Part shown: piece by piece, positions 42,046 to 52,315 of the stretch | Layout of the letters: the number at the start of each line of letters is the position of its first letter | How positions within the stretch are numbered: the stretch's first letter is position 1 | Source: Opitutales bacterium | GTDB lineage: Bacteria > Verrucomicrobiota > Verrucomicrobiia > Opitutales > PNEW01 | NCBI GenBank assembly: GCA_965197745.1 | Contig: CBDANS010000007.1 | Span: 1,280,001-1,344,000 of the forward strand | Direction of reading: 5' to 3' | DNA length: 64,000 bases | Position numbers and translations under genes: made by a program | The notes under the pieces: model-generated | Databases searched by the model: none | Told to the model about the DNA's origin: nothing | The model's input: the letters and a program-made list of their open reading frames with translations, nothing else

Positions 42046-43440
42046 ATGCCACATCATTATAAAACAATTTCAGAAGTCGCAGGACAAATAGAGTCGAAAC
42101 ATATTTCACCCGTGGAGTTGACGACTGAATTGCTGGTGCGTATAGACCAACTGGATGGTCAATTGAAAAGTTACGTCACGGTCATGGGTGACCGTGCAAT
42201 GACTGTCGCGAGGAAGTTAGAAGAAGAAATAACAGCTAGCAGATACCGCGGCCCACTCCACGGAATCCCAATCGCAGTTAAAGATCTATACTATACGAAG
42301 AGCATCCGAACGATGGGTGGGAGCAATGTGCTGTCATATCACATTCCAGACTTTGATTCCACGGTGGTTGAGAGACTGGAATTGGCCGGGGCCGTCTTGC
42401 TGGGAAAACTCAACCTTAATGAGGGAGCGATGGGCGGTTACCACACTGAATACGGCATGCCTCTCAATCCCTGGAATACGGAAAGAACGACGGGCGGTTC
42501 ATCCAGCGGTTCAGGAGTGGCAACCGCGGCATGTCTATGTTTTGGATCGCTTGGTAGCGATACCGGCGGCTCCATTCGCTTTCCATCTGCCCTTTGCGGA
42601 ACGGTTGGTCTAAAACCCACTTGGGGAAGAGTAAGTCGCTATGGGGTGTTGGCTCTCGCAGAATCGCTGGACCATGTGGGTCCCCTCACGAGAAGCACTG
42701 CCGACGCCGGTATCATGCTTCAGGCCATCGCTGGATATGACCCGAATGATCCCACCTCCCTGACCGCTCCAGTACCAGACATGCTCGAAAATTTAGACCA
42801 AGGCGTAAAGGGTGTCGTTATCGGTTTTGATGAAGAATATGCAAGCAGAGACGTTGATCCCGAGACCGCTGAGGCAGTGTCAAATGGGGTTAAGATCCTG
42901 GAAGATCTTGGCGCTGAAATTGTCAATGTACACATGCCTGACATGGATCAGTATGTGGAAGCGTGGTCTATATTATGTTCAGCAGAGGCGGTTGCGGCCC
43001 ACGATGCGACCTACCCCTCCCAAAGAAAAGATTATGGTCCAAAGTTTTTAAGTTGGCTCGACAGAGGCGCAAAAGTCACGGGAGCGGAGTACGCCAAAGC
43101 AAATAATTTACGCGCAACCTGCACGGGCTATCTCCGATATGTCTTTGAGCAAATTGATGTCCTGGCCTGTCCTTCGGTGATGAATCCGGCACAGCCGTTT
43201 GATTTAGAAGAATCCAGTAAACCAGTGCCAGAAAAATTTGATCCTGTGAGACAACGATTCACGGTGCCGTTCAACTTCAACGGCGCACCCACTCTATCTC
43301 TGCCCTGTGGCATGGACAGTGAAGGGTTACCGTTGAGTCTTCAGTTCGTAGCCAAGCACTTATCAGAACCATTACTCTGTCAAGTTGGTCACGCATATGA
43401 ACAGGCGACCGAATGGCATAGGTTACATCCCAATATTTGA
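42046..43440 (+). CDS. Amidase signature family protein (GatA-like)
   Basis: IAVKD, GGSSSGS, GSDTGGSIRFP (Lys-Ser-Ser triad). Confidence 0.93.
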   Translation: MPHHYKTISEVAGQIESKHISPVELTTELLVRIDQLDGQLKSYVTVMGDRAMTVARKLEEEITASRYRGPLHGIPIAVKDLYYTKSIRTMGGSNVLSYHIPDFDSTVVERLELAGAVLLGKLNLNEGAMGGYHTEYGMPLNPWNTERTTGGSSSGSGVATAACLCFGSLGSDTGGSIRFPSALCGTVGLKPTWGRVSRYGVLALAESLDHVGPLTRSTADAGIMLQAIAGYDPNDPTSLTAPVPDMLENLDQGVKGVVIGFDEEYASRDVDPETAEAVSNGVKILEDLGAEIVNVHMPDMDQYVEAWSILCSAEAVAAHDATYPSQRKDYGPKFLSWLDRGAKVTGAEYAKANNLRATCTGYLRYVFEQIDVLACPSVMNPAQPFDLEESSKPVPEKFDPVRQRFTVPFNFNGAPTLSLPCGMDSEGLPLSLQFVAKHLSEPLLCQVGHAYEQATEWHRLHPNI

Positions 43441-43583
43441 AATTTCGTTATTTGATAATTTATACTATTGCATAGCAGTGTATTCAAGTCGCTAACCCTA
43501 ACCTATAATATCACTATTAATGAATAGCGCTCAGAACTAAAACTGACCCCTCCCTGGATTATAGCTGACTGGATACGATTCAA

Positions 43584-43756
43584 TTAAGCCAGTTCAATGC
43601 GTTTAATCACATGCTTTAAAACCCATTCACCGACAATGGTGTCTCTCTGAGCGAAAAAAAATTTCGGATCGGTGGGATGAGCGTGTCCAGATCGGGATCT
43701 CGAGTCAGCGTTGTTTCGTATCGCGAGGGTGTAGCTGTCTGAACATCCTTCCAGCG
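43584..43756 (-). pseudogene. C-terminal remnant of a paralog of the 44742 sulfatase
   Basis: Translates RDPDLDTLIPPIR/(shift)FAQRDTIVGEWVLKHVIKRIELA* versus RDPDLDTLIPPIRSNFISQKDTIVGERVLKRAIRRIDLA*. Confidence 0.85.
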
Positions 43757-44512
43757 CTACAGCCGGTGGCTGTCAGCAGCGTGTTTTGCTCCGAGCCCAT
43801 TCTTCATACGCATGAGCTGCCTTTGGCGTTCGGTCAGTTGGTCGAACCATTCTTCCGGGAATTCGTCGTGCGGATCGACCTGGAAAACGAGCATCCTTTT
43901 CCTGTAGTGGCCGAAGAGTGCGTGACGATTCTTGTCTCCGGTATTCCAGCCCCCACCGTGCCAGGTCTGGCCATTGAATACGAGCACACTTCCAATCGGC
44001 GCGATCGCCTCGGCGACGTGTTTCAGCTCCAGTCCTTCTGGCGGCGCGGCAAGGCCGCTCTTGTGTGAGCCGGGTACTGCACGGGTCGCACCAATCTCCG
44101 AAGTAAATTCATCCAGCATCCATACCGTGTTCATCATCACGGGTGACGCCATGTTCAGCATTTCGGCCGAGATATCGCTGTGCAGTTCCTGGTAGCCGTC
44201 GCCGGGTCGTACGATTCTCGCATTCAGGCTTCCCAGGATCATGGATTCACCCAGGTAGTGTTCCAGGACCGGTAGTATTTTGGGATGGTCGATTGTTTTG
44301 AAGAAGACAGGATCGAGCGTTGGGAGGTTTGAGACATGTCGTGCCGATCCCCGATGGCTGTGTTCAGTTCCGACTTCCTTGTCGCAGCGAATCAAAGCTT
44401 CGCGCATTTCGACCGCCTGATCTTTCGTCAGAACGCGTTCGAGGATAGTGAAACCGTAAAGGTCGATTTCGAGTAATGCTTTTTCTGTTTCTGTCATGGG
44501 TCTCAAGCTCAA
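43757..44512 (-). CDS. Phytanoyl-CoA dioxygenase family protein
   Basis: YGFTILE, LHSD, GATRAVPGSH, TWHGGG. Confidence 0.9.
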   Translation of the reverse strand: MSLRPMTETEKALLEIDLYGFTILERVLTKDQAVEMREALIRCDKEVGTEHSHRGSARHVSNLPTLDPVFFKTIDHPKILPVLEHYLGESMILGSLNARIVRPGDGYQELHSDISAEMLNMASPVMMNTVWMLDEFTSEIGATRAVPGSHKSGLAAPPEGLELKHVAEAIAPIGSVLVFNGQTWHGGGWNTGDKNRHALFGHYRKRMLVFQVDPHDEFPEEWFDQLTERQRQLMRMKNGLGAKHAADSHRL

Positions 44513-44741
44513 ATTGAAAGCGTTAACACGATCAAAAAAGAATTCGCTCTTGGGCCGGTTGAGACATGCGCCCGTTGAGGCAGATCTGAACTGGTGGTTT
44601 CATAGTGATTCATTGCGAGACTATGGTGATTCAGAAAGGGGTCATGTCGATCTTTTTGTAATTACTTGGCATCGACTGTGTTTGATCGAAACAATGCCTT
44701 ATATTTTATAAAGAGTAAGGCCGAATAGCTAAGGTTCACAA

Positions 44742-46688
44742 TCAAGCGAGATCGATTCTTCTGATCGCCCGCTTCAGAACCCTTTCACCGACGATGGTGT
44801 CTTTCTGGGAGATGAAATTACTACGGATGGGTGGGATGAGCGTGTCCAGGTCCGGATCGCGGTCGCCATAGCATGAAGGGTTCTTGATTGCTGCCTCCAA
44901 GGCGGGTATCAAGGTCCTCATTTTTGACAATGTCTCCCGACCATAGAAGGTGAGATTGGCACCGGCTCGACACCGCACCCAGAGAAGATCACTTTCTAAC
45001 GCTCGGGTGAAGGCCACGATAGCTTTCTCGGGATGTTCGAATCGACAGAGTGCGTCTCCTGCGGCGAGGCTCACACCGAGTGATTCGTCATTAACGAGAG
45101 AGGTGAGCTTGTGAATGGTCGCGTCGTCCCCATCGAATGACATCAGCCCGGTCACAGCCCAGTAACGGACCGCATTGTCGGGGTCATCCAGGCGTTCGAT
45201 CAGGATAACCCTGCCTTCCTCACCCAAACGGGAGAGATCGGCGGTCTCCAGTATGCGTTCAAAATTCTGACAGCGAGCGCCCACTTCGTAGTTCACGCCA
45301 CCGTATTCTGCGGCTCTGACGATCATTTCTGTTTCATCAAATAGGCCCAGATCCCGTGTTTCGATCATCCAGGTAAATAAAATATTCCTCATCCGATCAC
45401 TGACCTCCTGGAATTCTGGATTGCCAGCGAGGTTGTTAACTGCTTCCGGGTCCTTCTTGAGATCATACAATTCCTCGAACGGTTTAGAATCCTGCCAGAT
45501 GAGATACTCGGAGTAGGGTTCGGGAATAGGCATCAAAAACACGCCATCGGGATCATGTATCTTATGCTCCCCCGGATAACAGGAGGTATCCCAGAAAGCG
45601 TACTCGGGCGTACCCTCGGTTGGAATCTCCCTGAAGAATCCGCCGTCTGGAAAGATTGATCCGTAGGGACGGTGCGGAAGGAAGTTGCGAATGTAGCGAT
45701 ATCGTCGGTCTCTCACCGTGCGGATCATCTCATTGCAGTTGTCCAAGCGGTCACGCGCACCACAGACAAATTCGCGTGGCTGTATTTTTTCAGGTCCGAG
45801 AAATGCTTTGCCCTGGAAATGATCGGGAATCGGCACACCGGCCATGCTGAGAACCGTGGGTCCCATATCCATTGTCATTGTTAAGTCTTCTATGACCGTC
45901 CCTGGAGCGCCGGGCGCGTAATGCTGATACGCTTTGGGTAATCTGACAATCAGAGGAACGCGCAAACCATCATCATAGGCGTGGGTCTTCCCGCGGGGAT
46001 AACCCGTTCCATGATCTGTCCAGAAAAAGACAATAGTGTTCTCGGACAGGTTGCATTCATCGAGCTTCGACAACACTTCACCGACATGGTAATCGACCTG
46101 GGTGAGGGTGTCGTAGAAGAGAGCGGTCCTCTCACGCGCGAGCGGTGTGTCGGGCACAAAACTCGGAATCGGGGCACTTTTGGGTTCGTGCAGTTCATCG
46201 GTTCTCAAGAGGTTTGACCGTTCGTTTCGAACCTGTTCAGGGGTCATCTTGTAGGTACTGGCGTGCGATTCCTTAAAACTGTAGATAGCAAAAAACGGTT
46301 TACCATTCGCTCCTTCTTCGAGCAGGGCATCGTTGTCCAGGTACTGCTCCCATTCGGTCGGGTCAATCGGGGTGTTGAGATCGGTGTTGATGAGCGAGCT
46401 GCGATAGCCCGCATCTCCCAGGTAGTGAGTCAGCATTTTGATGAAGTCGGGTCGGATCGCGAAACTGCGATGATGATGGGTGCCGACCGTCGTCTGATGC
46501 ATCGCCGTAAAGATGCTTGTGCGGGCAGGGGAGCAGATCGGTCCGGACGCGAACGCGTTGCTGTATCGAATCCCTTCCTCCGCGAGTGTGTCGATGTAAG
46601 GCGTAGTCGCGTATGTATTCCCGTAGCAACCAAGACTGTTGGCGCTCACGTCATGGGTGTTGATCCAAAGAAAATTCGGGTGTGCCAT
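44742..46688 (-). CDS. Sulfatase with C-terminal HEAT-like repeats
   Basis: Start MAHPNFLWI; CSPAR motif; TDHG; DPDNAVRYWAV HEAT-like repeats. Confidence 0.9.
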   Translation of the reverse strand: MAHPNFLWINTHDVSANSLGCYGNTYATTPYIDTLAEEGIRYSNAFASGPICSPARTSIFTAMHQTTVGTHHHRSFAIRPDFIKMLTHYLGDAGYRSSLINTDLNTPIDPTEWEQYLDNDALLEEGANGKPFFAIYSFKESHASTYKMTPEQVRNERSNLLRTDELHEPKSAPIPSFVPDTPLARERTALFYDTLTQVDYHVGEVLSKLDECNLSENTIVFFWTDHGTGYPRGKTHAYDDGLRVPLIVRLPKAYQHYAPGAPGTVIEDLTMTMDMGPTVLSMAGVPIPDHFQGKAFLGPEKIQPREFVCGARDRLDNCNEMIRTVRDRRYRYIRNFLPHRPYGSIFPDGGFFREIPTEGTPEYAFWDTSCYPGEHKIHDPDGVFLMPIPEPYSEYLIWQDSKPFEELYDLKKDPEAVNNLAGNPEFQEVSDRMRNILFTWMIETRDLGLFDETEMIVRAAEYGGVNYEVGARCQNFERILETADLSRLGEEGRVILIERLDDPDNAVRYWAVTGLMSFDGDDATIHKLTSLVNDESLGVSLAAGDALCRFEHPEKAIVAFTRALESDLLWVRCRAGANLTFYGRETLSKMRTLIPALEAAIKNPSCYGDRDPDLDTLIPPIRSNFISQKDTIVGERVLKRAIRRIDLA

Positions 46689-46776
46689 TCGAGACCTTAA
46701 CATTATAATAGAATACGCAGGGGGTGAAGTTTGATGGAATACCGACAACCGGGTGATTCAACTTCGTTATTAATAA

Positions 46777-46800
46777 GGGAATTATATACTTATTGCCCCA
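46777..46800 (-). mobile_element. Possible IS1595-family terminal inverted repeat (AGTATATAATTCCC)
   Basis: Resembles IS1595-type ends as I recall them; coincides with a drop in GC; partner end not seen. Confidence 0.4.
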
Positions 46801-46810
46801 AAAGGAGGTA

Positions 46811-46948
46811 TTACCTGCTTATTTTCCATTTCCTTTTAAGCTCTTTGATTGGAGGTGTTTGCTTTGGTTGCTTAGGCAGTGCCGTTGGTTTGTAGGCTCC
46901 GATGGCTTTGACTGCTCCGGCTAGGGTTTTCTCTTGTTTTGTTTTCAT
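46811..46948 (-). CDS. Small basic hypothetical protein (45 aa), not in the ORF track
   Basis: MKTKQEKTLAGAVKAIGAYKPTALPKQPKQTPPIKELKRKWKISR; starts 20 bp after the RM gene stop. Confidence 0.45.
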   Translation of the reverse strand: MKTKQEKTLAGAVKAIGAYKPTALPKQPKQTPPIKELKRKWKISR

Positions 46949-46967
46949 TGTAGTATCGGGATTTTAT

Positions 46968-49363
46968 TTATTTGGGTGGTTTTGCCCCTAAAAACCGTTT
47001 TTGTGAACTTAGAGACTCAACATCAAATTTGTTGTGCAGTTCTCTTGAGATCGCGCTTATTCCATCCTTCGCCCTTTTTTCTGCTTCCCAATGCTCCATT
47101 ACTCTCTGTCCGATAGCTTCTCTTTGACTTGGATGCAATAATGGAACTTGGACTGTGCAAATCTTATCCCATTTTACTGTTTGCCTACCCATCCCGATTG
47201 CAGAGGTAAGAAATTCTGCACGAATTTCTGTTGTTCTTAGAATAGACCATAAATAAAGGGAATCTTCTATATTATTCGCACGTGTAACGATGTAACTATT
47301 TGATGCTACCGCGCCATCAATTTCCTCTGTTGCATAACCCATTGCACCTTGAAAAGTATTATAACTCGAAAATATCAGGTCCCCAGTATGTACTACCGTC
47401 ATTTTTTTATAGTTAATATTTCGTCCAGCTCGCTTTTCTTTTATATAACACCTGCCCGAGTACGTGATTTCGAGTATTCTGAATTCCTTGTTTGGATTAT
47501 CTTTTGGCATTACAGTATCATTTTGGGGTGTCAACAGCTCGCCGAGCGAACTAACCTCGTAACTTCCCTTTTCCCAGCGTTCAATCATCCGGCCTCTCAT
47601 ATCCACACATGACTTAACGTCCAAGCGATCGTTCAGGTTTGCTGTTTGGACGAACCACTCACCCTTTTCGCCCTTTCTGTATCTTTTATAGAGCTCCAGA
47701 ATTGTTTTGATTTCTTCCCTTGCCAATTCACGAGCACTTTTCACCTTTTCTGGATTAGTTGTGATTGGCATATCATCTACACCTAATCTAATAGAAGAGT
47801 ACATAAATGCAGCTGGTTGGTCATCATCCGGATATTTTTTCTTTTGTAAATATACTAAAGCAGTTTTGACCCTGGCTTTCGCCATCTGAAATGCATCACC
47901 ATGCAATGAGATCACAGCTCGAATGATAAACTTTTCTCGGATGAAATCTCTCAGGTAAGAATATTGTCCTGAAGATAATACAGTTTCATCCAAAACAGTG
48001 ATCAGTTTGCCCCCTGGTCGTAGTAAATCGCAATATCGTTCGATAAAAAGTGCACTTCCTCTTAGTCGTGTTCTCGGGGGTTTTGTTTTATATTGGGTTA
48101 GGTTGTATTGCTCAAGTATATGTTTTTGAGACTCATTCTTTTCCTCGTACCACATTGAGAAAGGGGGATTGGTTAAAACAACATCAAAAGAACTGGGACC
48201 AAACTCATGCTTCATTTCCTCAATTTCCCGTTGTAGTTCCCGCGGATCAGTTTTATCGACCTGAATATTTTTTATCAAACCGTCCGCAAAATAGATATGG
48301 CTGCCTCCATCCCCATGCAGATACATATTTATCCTTGATATCTTTGCCAGATTTGGCTCGGATGCCGCATCTATTCCAAATATCTTTTCATTGCAAATTA
48401 CCTCTATTAATTTCTTTTTTTCTTGAATCGAGTAAGAATCATTCTCACGAATATTGTTTCTCATAATTGACATGGCTTCTATCAAGAATCCACCTGTCCC
48501 ACAGCTACCATCTAAAACCTTTTCAATATAATTTGAATCTGTCCTCAATTCAGCCAATTCGGTAGCAAGTAAAACAATGCTTCGTGGTGTAAAATATTGC
48601 CCCAATGCCTGACCTCGCATTGTCGCATTCAAAAAGGTCTCAAACAACCTCCCATTTAAATCTTCATCGATTCCGTAAAGATCTATTTTTTCAAGTTTTT
48701 TTACAATTCCTTTAATTGTTGTAGGCTTCAACTCAATCTGTTCATTCTGATCAAAAATTCTCTTTTTATTCCGTTTGTCTATATCGTCTTCAATATGTGT
48801 TATCAGGTTCTTGAAAGAGATATCGTTTACCGGGGAGCCGTGGTCTTTCTCTCTGGATTCTATCCACAAAATTGAGAAAGTATTAGCAGATTGCGGGACA
48901 AGTAACTTACCTGAATAATCGGGACGAAAATTCTCGTGCAAAATTCTATCGTTCCACAATTTAAGGAATATCAACTTTACGAACTCTGTAAATGCCGATA
49001 GTGGGCCCCTTTTCTCGGTATTCCAAATATACTTGTGACAGTTTATAAAGACTTTTTGTGCTTCTTCTTTATGAATCTTACGTAATAGAATATTTCTACC
49101 TGGATCAGGTGCCCCCAGTCCTTTTTTAAACGTATCAACACAGATAATATTCCTAAGTTTCTCATAGAGTTCACCTCCTAAATAGAAATCCTCAAAACCA
49201 AGCTCAAGTATTGCATTTGCTTGATCCCATACAAACAGTCCTGTTTTGAGACCATTTGATAATAAAAAATAGTGTACTGTTTTATTTTTCTGATTCAATT
49301 TGAGGCAATAATGAGCGCACTGATCAATCCAATCGTAGATATTTTCAGAAGGAGACTTTGCAT
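46968..49363 (-). pseudogene. Fused restriction-modification enzyme (nuclease remnant + N6-adenine MTase + specificity domain; type IIG-like), 5'-truncated by IS3
   Basis: GQYFTPR, LDGSCGTGGFL, NPPF; frame stays open up to the IS end as (D)AKSPSENIYDWIDQC. Confidence 0.85.
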
Positions 49364-50714
49364 TGGAGTGACCCCCAAAAATGGTATCATTAACAGAGAG
49401 AGGTTATCGGGATAAACAGATAACCTCAATGAAAAGAAAAAGATATACAACAGAACAGATCATAGCAATACTGCGGCAGCCCGATACGGGCAAAACCGTG
49501 CAGGAAGTCTGCCACGGCAACAACCTAAGTGAACAGACCTTCTATCGCTGGGGCAAAAAGTATGGCAACTTGGAGCTGGCTGATGCGAAGCGATTTAAAG
49601 AGCTGGAAAAGGAGAATACGGAGCTGAAGAAGATGCTCGCTGATCAAATGCTCAAGCTTCGGGTGTTGGAGGAAACGCTCTCAAAAAAATGGTGAGCCCA
49701 AAGCAGAAGAAGCGAGCAGTAAAAGATGCGGCTGAGAAGGGGCTGTGCTCGTTTTAGAGGGCTTGTGCTTATCTCAGCCTCAGTTGGTCAACGTACAGCT
49801 ACCGACCCAAGCAGGCCAGTAAGAAGGCTCAGCAATTGGCCGAGCGGATTTTGACCTTGTCCTGGGAACATCCCCGTTACGGTTACCGGCGCATTCGTGC
49901 CTTGCTGGTGAAAGAAGGTTGGGCGGCAAGCAGGAAATTTGTACAGGCAGTGCGACGTTCTTCGGGCTTACAGGTAAAGCCCCCGAAAAAGCGTAGACAC
50001 CGTCAGGGGATCTCTACTGGGCTCCCTACTAAAGCAACCGGTCGCAATCACGTCTGGTCCTGGGACTTTGTCCATGATCGTACAGACAATGGCGGTATGC
50101 TAAAGATGATGACCTTGATCGATGTACCGAGGAGCTGAAAGCGACGACACTCAAGCGAAGCGAAGACATATACGCGTAAATGTTTACGCATCCGGGTAGC
50201 TCGACAGCTCACCTCAACCGATGTTCTCTCGGTACTCAGCGAAACCATCGATGAAGAGGGAGTTCCTAGCTATATCCGCAGTGACAACGGCAGTGTTCCG
50301 AGGAGCGAAGCGACGACATGCGAAGCCATTCATTGCTCATCAGGTGCAGCAGTGGTTGTCCGACAAAAAGATCAAGGCGATATATATCGATCCGGGCAGT
50401 CCCTGGCAAAACGGTTTCATCGAGTCGTTTCACAACCGCTTACGCGATGAGTGTTTGAACCGTGAAGTGTTGCTCAGCGTGGCTGAAGCGCAAGTGCTAA
50501 TAGAACAATGGCGTCAGACCTATAACAATGAACATCCCCACAGTCGATTAGGCTTTAAAAGCCCACAAGAGTTTGTCACATTCCTTTCCGCTCTTGGCCG
50601 CGTTCGGGCTACGCCCTCACTGCGCCAAGATCTCTCATATACATCAATCCTAAAACCATTAATACCCGGTAACTCTCTCACATAATAATTGGTACGAAAA
50701 ACGGGGTCCAATCA
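49364..50714 (+). mobile_element. IS3-family element (orfA 49429..49695; orfB disrupted by two micro-inserts)
   Basis: TG..CA ends with imperfect IRs (TGGAGTGACCCC / TGATTGGACCCC); A7 slippery site; WSWDF, SDNG, PGSPWQNGFIESF. Confidence 0.93.
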
Positions 50715-51535
50715 CAAGGAGTCATGAAGTTGGTGTTTCCGCTGTTTGTGAGAAATACAAAGCCGACGGCGCTATTGTCTCCGAGCCTACTGCGGCTCAA
50801 ATGCCTTTGGCGGTCATGCCCGTTACCTCGGGGCTGATTTGGTTTACGATAACGTGCCGGGGGAAAGCCAGTCATGCTTCGATGAGAAATGAAATGGTTC
50901 GAGCCGGGGGAAAGGGTTCAGAAATTGCTGTCAGCGCCATTGAGAAAGGTGTTTTCATTATGAATACCCTGTGCCGGCTTGAAGAGCAGTGGGGCCAAAG
51001 CAAGAAGCATCCGCTTTTCCGGCCAGGACACTTTACTCTTCATCCGGGCGTGATTACGGGGTGTCCGAACGGGGTCTTGATTCCCTTCCTCATATCTGAA
51101 TTTTGCACCATTGAATACGCTGTCTGGTACCCGCCTCAAGAAAATGAGGAAGACATCCAGAAAGAGATAGCGGAATACATAACCAAAGCCTGTCAAGTGG
51201 ATCCCTGGCTATGTGAAAACCCTCCTGAAATCAGTTTCAATCTCCATTGGCCACCGTCTGAGGTTCCATCAAACCACCCGATCGTCCAGGCTTGTGTCGA
51301 TGCGCACAACGAGGCTATAAGCCCAAAGGCAGTGGATGAAAGAGATTTAATTCAAGGGTTTGCGGCGGTTTGCGATGCCGCGTTTCTCAATATATCGGGA
51401 ACCCCATCGGTCATTTACGGCCCTGGCAATTTGCTGCAAGCTCACGCCGTTGATGAATATGTTCATATCGAGGAATTAATAACCGCCACCAAAACCTTTG
51501 CCCTTGCCGCCATGGACTGGTGTGGTTATGAATAA
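50715..51535 (+). pseudogene. M20/ArgE-family deacylase, N-terminal half missing
   Basis: Frame open from the IS end: SHEVG..ADGAIVSEPT..GKASHAS..YGPG..AHAVDE. Confidence 0.85.
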
Positions 51536-51571
51536 TTTGTCCAAATATAACTCTATTCGGGGACTTAATTT

Positions 51572-52315
51572 TTGACCATACAAATGGATAAGATCGGGGC
51601 GATTCCGGCCTTTTCACCTTATTACCCTAGGCCACCTGCACGCTATCGATACAACAGATCGCAGTCAGTTTATTTCCGTGCAGATGCATCGGCAATCGAT
51701 CGGGTGTTACCTGCCTGTTTTGAGCTTACCGATAGCGGTTTATGCATCGCTCACGGCATATCTGTTGAGTGGTCGGCCCATTATGGAAAGTTTGAAGCCT
51801 GTAACCTGTATATTGAATGCGAATTCCAAGGTAAAGTTGGCTATTTCCGTGTTGTCTCATTTCTCAATACGAAATGCAGTATACCGGCGGGACGAGAAAT
51901 TTATGGAACGCCAAAAGTTTACGCTGATGTAAATGTTGGCATGGAGGAACGTGTGATGCATACCAAAGCCAATTTGAGCGGTACTGCGGTGATGAGCATT
52001 CGCTCAACCATGCACAAGGAATCGAACGTAAGTGAAATCCGTGCCCTGCAACCGATTTGGACGCTGAAGGTGATCCCGCGAGCCGACGGAAAGGGAGCCG
52101 ATGTTATGCAGCTTATCGATAGCACCAACGTGCAAGGCGACATAACCGTCCATATTTGCATGGCAGGGGATGGCGTCGTGCAGTTCAATCCATCACCCAC
52201 ATACAATCTCTTCGATTTTACACCCCTTGAGTATTATGGAACCTACTACCCGGAAAGAGACCACACCGATGGATTTGGCGAAATCGTCCACGACTTTAAA
52301 AATGAATCCTTGTAA
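51572..52315 (+). CDS. Acetoacetate decarboxylase family protein
   Basis: GREIYGTPK Schiff-base lysine motif; LKVIP. Confidence 0.85.
   Translation: MTIQMDKIGAIPAFSPYYPRPPARYRYNRSQSVYFRADASAIDRVLPACFELTDSGLCIAHGISVEWSAHYGKFEACNLYIECEFQGKVGYFRVVSFLNTKCSIPAGREIYGTPKVYADVNVGMEERVMHTKANLSGTAVMSIRSTMHKESNVSEIRALQPIWTLKVIPRADGKGADVMQLIDSTNVQGDITVHICMAGDGVVQFNPSPTYNLFDFTPLEYYGTYYPERDHTDGFGEIVHDFKNESL

Noticed and set aside
42046..43440. gatA
   Set aside because: No adjacent gatB/gatC and a catabolic context; called a generic amidase.
50296..50327. Micro-insert as a known ribozyme or group II intron remnant
   Set aside because: No hammerhead, twister or pistol cores and no GUGCG/domain V features; the GNA triloops fit ssDNA structure better.
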